64,000 nt of DNA from assembly GCA_016930875.1 (NCBI GenBank), contig JAFGFW010000170.1, forward strand, positions 2,027 to 66,026, written 5' to 3'. Made by a program: the position numbers and the translations under genes. Under the pieces are notes generated by a model. The model was not told where the DNA came from. It saw nothing but the letters and a program-made list of their open reading frames with translations, and searched no databases. This document shows positions 1 to 6,887 of the stretch, in pieces. This DNA comes from Deltaproteobacteria bacterium (lineage in GTDB: Bacteria; Desulfobacterota; Desulfobacteria; Desulfobacterales; C00003060). Each line of letters starts with the position of its first letter. The stretch's first letter is position 1.

Positions 1-267
1 GCCCAGCGCGTCCTTTTTGTCAGGGATGCCAAAGAGCATCACAGCCGGAATGCCCAGGTCGTAAGCGGTCTTGGCCTCTTTTACCACATATTCTCTGGAG
101 AGTTGATAGTGTCCCGGCATAGGCTCTATGGGCTTCTTCACGCCCTTGCCCTCCACAGCAAAAAGAGGCAGGATCAGGTCGTCAACACAAACCCGGGTTT
201 CCCTTATCATACGCCTGAAATTCTCATGTTGCCGAAGCCGTCTTGGTCTGTAGTCTGGAAAAAGCAT
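1..267 (-). CDS. hemB: porphobilinogen synthase (delta-aminolevulinate dehydratase), first 89 codons only; rest lies left of window
   Basis: Own reverse translation of 267..1 gives MLFPDYRPRRLRQHENFRRMIRETRVCVDDLILPLFAVEGKGVKKPIEPMPGHYQLSREYVVKEAKTAYDLGIPAVMLFGIPDKKDALG. It shows the RPRRLR / PLF.EG / MPG / LFG.P..KD pattern typical of HemB N-termini. It is absent from the ORF track because the window edge truncates it. Confidence 0.85.
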   Translation of the reverse strand, partial: MLFPDYRPRRLRQHENFRRMIRETRVCVDDLILPLFAVEGKGVKKPIEPMPGHYQLSREYVVKEAKTAYDLGIPAVMLFGIPDKKDALG

Positions 268-276
268 CGTTTACCT

Positions 277-2046
277 CTATTCTGGATAATCTTCAAAACC
301 CTCCTCGGAAAAAATCCCCTTCACTGAAGCATTCAGGAATTCTTCAGGGTCTTGCAAGGCCTCCTTTGTCAGAACAAAATCCTTCCTGCCCGTCCTATCA
401 CGGATCAGTTTAAGACCGTATTCAAAGTCACCCGTCAGCTTCTTGTAGAAAGCCCCAAGGGCTGTCTGAGAACCGTTCATCTGGAGGATCAAGGCATCTG
501 TGGCATCTTCGTGGAGGGTGACATGCAGGTCATGGGTCCTGCAAAAGTATGCCTCCAATTCCTTTATCTGGTCATAATAGCTTCTGATCTTCTTCATGAC
601 CCCATCAACGTCGCAGGTGTTTGAAGCATAGATCTCGGCAATCACATTAATGCGAGACCGGGTCATGATCATATCATACCTGTTGATCAGAATGGACTGG
701 TTCTCTTTCACGTAACTCCTTATTGATTCCTTTTCGTTTTCAAGAAGCTCTGTGTAGATCCTATCCCACTTGGCCGCGTTCGCCTCTGAGACTATCTCGC
801 GGAGAGCGCCTTCAGGGTCTTTCACTACTTCTTCTGTAACGGAAAGCTTCTTGATGTCCGTGGAAGGAAGTCCCTTTTCCAGCTTGAGCAGCGTTTTCTC
901 AATCACGCTGACCAAGGCGCGAGCGCCAGTGCCCTCCCTGTAAGCAAGGCCGGCCATGGATCTCAGGGCGCGGTCATCAAACTTGACTTCAATGCCGTAA
1001 GCCTTGAAGTCTAGCTTTTTGCTCAGAACAACCGGATTATTCGGGTTTTTCAAGATGGCAAAGAGGTCATCTTCGCTCAGTTTCTCAAATACGGAAGTGA
1101 CCGGCAGACGTCCAATAAACTCAGTCTCAAAACCGAACTTGATAAGATCCTCTGGTTTGACATGTTTCAAGTAATCGAGCGACTCTGACCTGCTCTTGAG
1201 AAAAGCGCCAAAACCGATGCCCTGATTTTCCATCCGCTTCCTTATTATGTCACCAAGTTCATTAAAGGCGCCGCTCATGATGAACAGGATGTTCTTTGTA
1301 TTCACCACACGTTTTTTCCGTTTGCCGGTTTTGCGATAGCGTTCGATCTCCTCAAGCATGGATATTGGATCATGGGCCACCTTGAGGTCCACCTCTGTTT
1401 CTTCCATTGGTTTGAGCAGAGCGCGCTGGACCCCGGTGCGAGAGACATCCGGCCCGATGAGATTGCTGCTGGAGGCGATCTTGTCGATTTCATCGATGTA
1501 GACGATGCCGTACTGGGCCAGTTCGATGTCGTCATCGGCTTCGCGCACAAGGTCCCGCAACAGGTCTTCCACGTCGCCGCCAACATAACCGGTTTCACTG
1601 AATTTCGTGGCATCTCCTTTGACAAAGGGCACACCGATCTTTTGCGCGATCAATTTAATCATATAGGTTTTGCCCACGCCTGTTGGCCCTACCATGAGAA
1701 TATTGTTCTTGATGTTGCCCAGCAAGGGTTGAACGTCATCCTTGGATGATTCGGCGTATTTGATACGATTAAAATGGGTGCAAATCTTAGTGGCCAGGAT
1801 AGCCTTGGCCTCAACCTGCTGAACCACGTACTGGTCAAGGTAAGCTGCGAGTTCTTCGGGCTTTAAGGAAAAATCGATCTTCTTTTTCTTTTTGGGGGGC
1901 TCTTCTTCTTTGCCCAAAGAGGTCTCACTGGGAATTACCATTGGTGAGATGAGTTTTACGCGGCCCCCGAATTTTTCCGAGAGGAACTCGCTAATCTCTT
2001 TCTCAACATCTTTGGGATCCGGCATTTTTTCGTCTTTCTGAGTCAT
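277..2046 (-). CDS. ClpX-family AAA+ unfoldase paralogue (no N-terminal zinc ribbon, long C-terminal extension)
   Basis: Walker A GPTGVGKT, pore loop GYVGGDVE, Walker B VYIDEIDK and an IGFG (ClpP-docking IGF-type) loop are present. The region LDQYVVQQVEAKAILA aligns to the ClpX start of the AAA module. There is no CxxC..CxxC N-domain. About 190 aa follow the ARALVSVIE sensor-2 region. Confidence 0.75.
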   Translation of the reverse strand: MTQKDEKMPDPKDVEKEISEFLSEKFGGRVKLISPMVIPSETSLGKEEEPPKKKKKIDFSLKPEELAAYLDQYVVQQVEAKAILATKICTHFNRIKYAESSKDDVQPLLGNIKNNILMVGPTGVGKTYMIKLIAQKIGVPFVKGDATKFSETGYVGGDVEDLLRDLVREADDDIELAQYGIVYIDEIDKIASSSNLIGPDVSRTGVQRALLKPMEETEVDLKVAHDPISMLEEIERYRKTGKRKKRVVNTKNILFIMSGAFNELGDIIRKRMENQGIGFGAFLKSRSESLDYLKHVKPEDLIKFGFETEFIGRLPVTSVFEKLSEDDLFAILKNPNNPVVLSKKLDFKAYGIEVKFDDRALRSMAGLAYREGTGARALVSVIEKTLLKLEKGLPSTDIKKLSVTEEVVKDPEGALREIVSEANAAKWDRIYTELLENEKESIRSYVKENQSILINRYDMIMTRSRINVIAEIYASNTCDVDGVMKKIRSYYDQIKELEAYFCRTHDLHVTLHEDATDALILQMNGSQTALGAFYKKLTGDFEYGLKLIRDRTGRKDFVLTKEALQDPEEFLNASVKGIFSEEGFEDYPE

Positions 2047-2192
2047 GATGTCCTGCTTTCACAATGTTTACCCACCTCAACATAATCACCTCACAGGAAA
2101 ATTCAAGAAAAATGCCAATGCTGCTCGCACGATTACTATAACCTTCATCCCCGAGGTTGTTGAGAAGTTACTGTGCTGCCCTCTAATCCCTG

Positions 2193-2220
2193 TTGACAAA
2201 AAGCAACAAAATGGTATTGT
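2193..2220 (+). promoter_or_regulatory. sigma-70-type promoter for tRNA-Arg (TTGACA-16 nt-TGgTATTGT extended -10)
   Basis: TTGACA lies at 2193-2198 and TATTGT at 2215-2220, preceded by TGG. The -10 ends 16 nt upstream of the tRNA 5' end at 2237. Confidence 0.55.
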
Positions 2221-2236
2221 CAGGACAGCCTTCTGA

Positions 2237-2312
2237 GGGCGATTAGCTCAGCGGATAGAGCACAAGCCTCCGGAGCTTGGTGTCGCCGGTTCGATTCCGG
2301 CATCGCCCTCCA
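2237..2312 (+). tRNA. tRNA-Arg (anticodon CCG), CCA end encoded
   Basis: Manual cloverleaf: acceptor GGGCGAT/ATCGCCC, D arm GCTC..GAGC, anticodon stem CAAGC/GCTTG with loop CTCCGGA (U33, CCG, G37), T arm GCCGG-TTCGATT-CCGGC, then discriminator T and CCA. Total 76 nt. Confidence 0.95.
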
Positions 2313-3687
2313 ATTCAAGCAACCTGGCAACCAGACCCGTAGCTTCTTTTTTTGTCTTGATCTCCCCGTTGAGTCGCGCATCTTCCACTGTCTGAAGCAA
2401 CCTTCCAATAAGCTCAGACGGTTTCAGATTGAAATACTCCATCACTTCGTGGCCGTTTAAGAGCCTCGGGGCTACAATCTTGGGCCTCAGGCCGGAAAAG
2501 TACATTGAGAGTACTCCTGCCGAGAACTTAATAAAGTCGCTGAGGAGTTCACTCCCCAATCCCGCTTTGGCACGCTGATCCGCAACGCTGTGGATCAAGA
2601 GCCCGATGATGTCATCCCTGTATTTTCCGGCAAAGCGAATTATCCCCCTCAATGTGAGGCTACCCCGCTGGTGGGCATGAAAGAGAAAAAGGGGCTGAAG
2701 GTGCTTTTGGACGATAAGTGTTATGTATGACCGTTTTTTGCCGGACATCCTCAGCCTTGCGCAGATATTTTGGACAATATCCGCTCCCTCGTCCTCATGA
2801 CCGAGAAATCGGACCTTTCCCGTGGAATCAACACTGCGCGTTCCGGGCTTGCCCAGATCATGAAACAAGGCCGCCAGCTTCAGGAGAACCCGGCGGTCGT
2901 GCGCCCGGAGATAACTCGAGATCGACCTGGCATAATCGGGCCACAACACAGCATGGTTGATCAGGGCAGTCTCCATTTCATCGTAGGTCGCCATGGTATG
3001 CTCAAAGACATCCCGTGCGTGGATCTCATTCTGCCGGCAGTCACGACACGGTTCAAGCTCAGGGATGAGATCGGTCAGAAGTCCACTGTCAGACATCTGC
3101 TTGAGGTGATGAAAGGACCTTTTGACCTCCATCATCTTGAAAAGCTCTGTGCTTATACGCTCTCCGGCCGATTGTCTAATGAGCGCGCTTTTCTTGCTGA
3201 TGACTGCCAGGGTCTCTGGCGCAATATCAAAACCCAGAGCAGCGGCAAAGCGAAATGCCCTGAGCATCCTCAGCGGATCAGCTACTACGGCATCTTTTGA
3301 AATGAGTCGAATGGTTCTGGACTTTATGTCATCCATGGCCTTGACAGGATCGATAAGTCTTTTGGTACGAAGATCATAGCCAAGGCCGTTGACCGTAAAG
3401 TCCCGCCTTTTCAGATCCTCTTCGATACAGTTACCCTCCATGGGGGAAAAATCGAGAGTCTCGTCTCCTGAAACCACTCTACAGATGGCCTTGCTGTTCT
3501 TGCCGAGATCTATCAATCGCACGCCAAGTCCTTTGGCCACCTTTTCTGCAAAGGTCCTGACATTGCCGGGCACGACAAAGTCGTGGTCGCAAGAAGGACG
3601 ATTGAGCACGCTGTCGCGAACAGAACCGCCTACCAGGTAAACAGGGCCAATACGAGAAAAATCGTGGAAACGGTGTGCTATCTTCAT
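2248..3687 (-). CDS. cca: CCA-adding tRNA nucleotidyltransferase / poly(A) polymerase family with HD domain
   Basis: N-terminal GGSVRDSVLNRPSCDHDF nucleotidyltransferase head, RRDFTVN motif and HDLGKP HD motif. The last ~21 codons (..LEGDAGIEPATPSSGGLCSIR) are the antisense reading of the tRNA gene; the first in-frame stop lies inside the tRNA. Confidence 0.85.
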   Translation of the reverse strand: MKIAHRFHDFSRIGPVYLVGGSVRDSVLNRPSCDHDFVVPGNVRTFAEKVAKGLGVRLIDLGKNSKAICRVVSGDETLDFSPMEGNCIEEDLKRRDFTVNGLGYDLRTKRLIDPVKAMDDIKSRTIRLISKDAVVADPLRMLRAFRFAAALGFDIAPETLAVISKKSALIRQSAGERISTELFKMMEVKRSFHHLKQMSDSGLLTDLIPELEPCRDCRQNEIHARDVFEHTMATYDEMETALINHAVLWPDYARSISSYLRAHDRRVLLKLAALFHDLGKPGTRSVDSTGKVRFLGHEDEGADIVQNICARLRMSGKKRSYITLIVQKHLQPLFLFHAHQRGSLTLRGIIRFAGKYRDDIIGLLIHSVADQRAKAGLGSELLSDFIKFSAGVLSMYFSGLRPKIVAPRLLNGHEVMEYFNLKPSELIGRLLQTVEDARLNGEIKTKKEATGLVARLLELEGDAGIEPATPSSGGLCSIR

Positions 3688-4424
3688 CTGTGTTTGCGTC
3701 TCGACCTTCTACTATCCTTCTTCCAGGAAATCTCCTTCTTGACACCTTTTCTTTTTAGCTTTTGCTGATGAAGCTCCAGGGATCGCTCCATATCCAGGAT
3801 GAAGCTTCCAGCCTGCTTTTCAGGCCCAAAAAGGGACTCCTTTTTCGGTTTTGAGGCATCTCTCTTCTCCTTTGGAAGAGACGGGCCTGAAAAATAGCCT
3901 ACCGGAATACGGTCCACCAGATAAATCAGTTCTCCCTGCCCGGAGAATATCACGCCGGCATCATAGGCCCTTTTTGCTTGCACGGTAAGCAACACCGGCT
4001 TCTGGTCACGCCGTCTTCCCATGCGCAGGGCCAATTCTTCAGTAGTTGCCAAGAATACACGGCGTTGTCCCATGGGCATGATTCCTTTCTCACAGACCAG
4101 CGGATATGCCCTCTGGCGCACACAGTGATAAAGGAGTTTCGGCGGCACTGCTCCTGAGACTGGGCTTACGGTTTCATCCGGATTCGCCACTTTGATGCGC
4201 TCATCTTGAAAAATAAAGGAATTCTCGCGAAAGGTAATAAGGACTTCATGGATGTGGGACTTGCGCACATATCCCCATCCCGGTTCTTCAGAGATGGCCT
4301 TGATGAGATCCTTGAGATGAAAAAACCCATCCTCGTCAGGGACCAAACCGAATTCCTCCGGGTGTCGCCCCAGAACATAAGTCATCAGTTTTTTGAGCTC
4401 TTTAGGATCTTTTCGCCTTCCCAT
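3684..4424 (-). CDS. KptA/Tpt1-like RNA 2'-phosphotransferase family protein with Lys/Arg-rich C-terminal tail
   Basis: Colinear with my recollection of E. coli KptA: KKLMTYVLGRHPEEFGLVPDEDGF.., PPKLLYHCV.., GQRRVFLAT.., KPVLLTVQAKRAYDAG.., LVDRIPVGYF. The ORF track start is 4481; the ATG at 4424 lies 4 nt after the birA stop and gives a family-typical N-terminus. The stop overlaps the cca start as ATGA. Confidence 0.6.
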   Translation of the reverse strand: MGRRKDPKELKKLMTYVLGRHPEEFGLVPDEDGFFHLKDLIKAISEEPGWGYVRKSHIHEVLITFRENSFIFQDERIKVANPDETVSPVSGAVPPKLLYHCVRQRAYPLVCEKGIMPMGQRRVFLATTEELALRMGRRRDQKPVLLTVQAKRAYDAGVIFSGQGELIYLVDRIPVGYFSGPSLPKEKRDASKPKKESLFGPEKQAGSFILDMERSLELHQQKLKRKGVKKEISWKKDSRRSRRKHR

Positions 4425-4428
4425 CGGG

Positions 4429-5304
4429 CTACTTTCTAACGAGATTAAGATCTCCTGAATAAAACCTGTGAGACCTTCCATGACTATCCTCGACCATTAA
4501 GGCCCCGGCGTCATCAACATCGATCGCTTTTCCGCAATATTGCTTCCCGATCACGTCAACAATAACCCTCTGTCCTATAACGTCCGTAAGCTCTTTCCAC
4601 CTCTTAATGATCGGCTTAAACCCACTTTCCCTTAACATTTCATAATGTGTCTCATAACATTTCAAAAAGGCTCTGATAATATCGGCTCTCGGAAATGGTT
4701 CACCCGATTCAACCAATATGGAAGTAGCCTTGCCCTTGATCTCTTGAGGAAATCTGTCGGGCGGAGTATTGACATTTACTCCGACACCCACGACGACATA
4801 GGCTATTGAATCCATTTTCGTGCTGATCTCAGTAAGAATCCCTGCTATCTTTTTTCCGTTTACGAGAATATCGTTTGGCCACTTTATCCTTGCCGGCAGT
4901 TGCGTAAGTGAAAGCAGTGTCTCAGCCACGGCAACCGCTGTCATAAGGGTAATACCGGGCGCCTGGTTCGCAGGCATGGCAGGCCTTAAGATCAAAGAAG
5001 CATAGATTCCATCGCCTGCCGGTGAAAACCAGCTTCGTCCCTTCCTGCCCCTGCCTGAAGTCTGCCTTTCAGCCACCACCAGTGTTCCCTCCGGGGCGTA
5101 GCCTTCAGCCAGTTCTTTAGCTCTTAGATTGGTTGAATCTGTCTGTTTGAAGCAGGCTATGTCTTGCTTTCCAAACACCCTGGTATGGAGACCTTCCCGG
5201 ATTTCCTTCGCCAGCAAAAGCCCGGTAAAGTTTCCCTCCCCGATGCCCGATCGCGCATGCCCGAGGGGGGACTTTTCTTCTTGCGTTGAGTTGAATTGCG
5301 TCAC
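4429..5304 (-). CDS. birA: biotin--[acetyl-CoA-carboxylase] ligase (no N-terminal HTH apparent)
   Basis: GRGRKGRSWFSP signature, KWPNDILVNGKKIAGIL, and a C-terminal SH3-like tail. Confidence 0.9.
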   Translation of the reverse strand: MTQFNSTQEEKSPLGHARSGIGEGNFTGLLLAKEIREGLHTRVFGKQDIACFKQTDSTNLRAKELAEGYAPEGTLVVAERQTSGRGRKGRSWFSPAGDGIYASLILRPAMPANQAPGITLMTAVAVAETLLSLTQLPARIKWPNDILVNGKKIAGILTEISTKMDSIAYVVVGVGVNVNTPPDRFPQEIKGKATSILVESGEPFPRADIIRAFLKCYETHYEMLRESGFKPIIKRWKELTDVIGQRVIVDVIGKQYCGKAIDVDDAGALMVEDSHGRSHRFYSGDLNLVRK

Positions 5305-5326
5305 GCAGTTGGTATCCGGCGCTGTC

Positions 5327-5635
5327 CTATTTGCCGGTTTTTTGATGAAGTTTGTCCGCTATCCGTTTGACCCTGTCGGATTTGACCATGGACGCTGCCT
5401 TATCCGCAAAGCGCGTTGCGTCAGAGAACTTCCCATCCTTTAGATAGTCTTTGACCTTCTTTTCAATACGTGTGGTGGCAACATCTGCCTTGACATGTAT
5501 GGCCGGCGCTGCAATGAGCTTTGTAATGCCGATCTCCCCGCAGTTCGGGCATGATGGTGCGTCTCCACCACTAAAAACAACGATAACCTCAAAGACGCAT
5601 CCGCACCTGGCGCACTCATACTCATAAATCGGCAT
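5327..5635 (-). CDS. FmdB-family zinc-ribbon regulatory protein
   Basis: MPIYEYECARCG...CPNCG (CxxC-N-CxxC) N-terminus. The ATG at 5635 has a GAGGGG Shine-Dalgarno 6 nt upstream. The track start is 5647. Confidence 0.75.
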   Translation of the reverse strand: MPIYEYECARCGCVFEVIVVFSGGDAPSCPNCGEIGITKLIAAPAIHVKADVATTRIEKKVKDYLKDGKFSDATRFADKAASMVKSDRVKRIADKLHQKTGK

Positions 5636-5666
5636 AACGCCCCTCACAATCCTAAATTCTCAATGG

Positions 5667-5715
5667 CCCTGGGGATGAAGGCTTTTTCTTCCAGAAAAAG
5701 CCTTCATCCCCAGGG
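5667..5715. repeat. perfect 21-bp-stem hairpin (CCCTGGGGATGAAGGCTTTTT / AAAAAGCCTTCATCCCCAGGG, 7-nt loop)
   Basis: Read directly from the sequence. It lies downstream of the radical SAM gene. Its right half plus flank recurs at 53511-53560. Confidence 0.8.
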
Positions 5716-5747
5716 CTTATGGTAACCGCACAGCCCTGAGAAGTTAC

Positions 5748-6683
5748 TCACAATCTTTGCAAATATCGCATCTTCTCCAGATCTCCTTTGAACGCCTCAT
5801 CGTTTGAGAGTCTCTCCAAGGCCTCATCGATCATCGAAAGCATACTGGCCTTATCATCCGGGAGATTTCCATTAATGTGGGCATAATTGGAGACATGATC
5901 TGAGAGGTATTGAGAGGTAACTTCAAGATTTTTGATGAGGGCCCTCTGCTCCCTTAAAATCGTCTCCAGACCCGGCATTTGAAAGCTACCTTCCATCCAC
6001 CATTGATATACCGGGGTGCCGGGCTGAGGCGTGAGGGTTCTCACACGGATAAAACCAGGATCTATCTGGTTGAGCACCTTGGCTGTGTCGCAAGCATGCT
6101 CAGGCCAATTTGCCTCACCCCCGATTCCCAGCAGCACATAGACGGAGACCTCAAATTGGATGTCTTTTGCCTTGGCGCAGGCGCTGATCATGATGTCAGG
6201 GGACGCGCCTTTTTCAATCCGCTTGAGCAACCGAGCGCTTCCGGTCTCAAGACCAACGTGAAGTCGCGTTAACCCTGCTTCTCTTATCCTTTCCAGACTC
6301 TTAAGGGATCGGCGCCTAAGGGTTTGCGCGCGCGCATAGCTTGTAACCCTCGCAAGGGATGGAAAAGCGCCATGAAGATGACCAAGGATTTCACACAGCG
6401 CCTCCGTGTTGACGACCAGGCTATCCGAATCCCCTATAAAGACAGTTTCTACATTTCCGCCGGTAAATGCCCTGGCCGTATCAATATCTCTCTTAACCTC
6501 TTCGACCGGACGTTTCTCAAATTTGACGTCCTTGTACATGGGGCAGAAAGCACACCGGTTCCAGGGGCACCCTCGGGTAACCCTCAACAACAGGCTGTCC
6601 GCCTCACTGGGCGGCCTGTAAGGCGGAAAATCATAAGTCTCTTCAGCCTCGGCAAGGCGCCTTCCGAAACGAAAGTTGAACAT
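5748..6683 (-). CDS. radical SAM domain protein
   Basis: Cys cluster RGCPWNRCAFCPMY near the N-terminus, with TIM-barrel-like GDSD / GLETGS motifs downstream. Confidence 0.75.
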   Translation of the reverse strand: MFNFRFGRRLAEAEETYDFPPYRPPSEADSLLLRVTRGCPWNRCAFCPMYKDVKFEKRPVEEVKRDIDTARAFTGGNVETVFIGDSDSLVVNTEALCEILGHLHGAFPSLARVTSYARAQTLRRRSLKSLERIREAGLTRLHVGLETGSARLLKRIEKGASPDIMISACAKAKDIQFEVSVYVLLGIGGEANWPEHACDTAKVLNQIDPGFIRVRTLTPQPGTPVYQWWMEGSFQMPGLETILREQRALIKNLEVTSQYLSDHVSNYAHINGNLPDDKASMLSMIDEALERLSNDEAFKGDLEKMRYLQRL

Positions 6684-6887
6684 AATGCTTGTATAAATAG
6701 CCTAATCGTTTAGAAATGACAATAGAATCTCGCCAAGAAGAGACAGAAGCCCCATATGTTGTATTCGCAGGTCCAGGACATACATTTTGTAGTATTTTTG
6801 CCTTTACAAACCTATATCACTTTGTTAATCTCCGTTGGATTGTTATACATGGCTAGAATGTGAATAGCTGTCTAGAGGTGTTTTGCC

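Noticed and set aside
2103-2117. Sigma-54-like element upstream of the ClpX-like gene (minus strand TGGCAT-TTTTC-TTGAA)
   Set aside because: The -12 reads TTGA instead of TTGC; the invariant C of the GC dinucleotide is missing. It is not reported as a feature.
2220-2408. 62-aa minus-strand ORF overlapping the tRNA
   Set aside because: It reads through the tRNA-Arg gene antisense (..PESNRRHQAPEA..), a typical tRNA-antisense artefact, in a different frame from cca.
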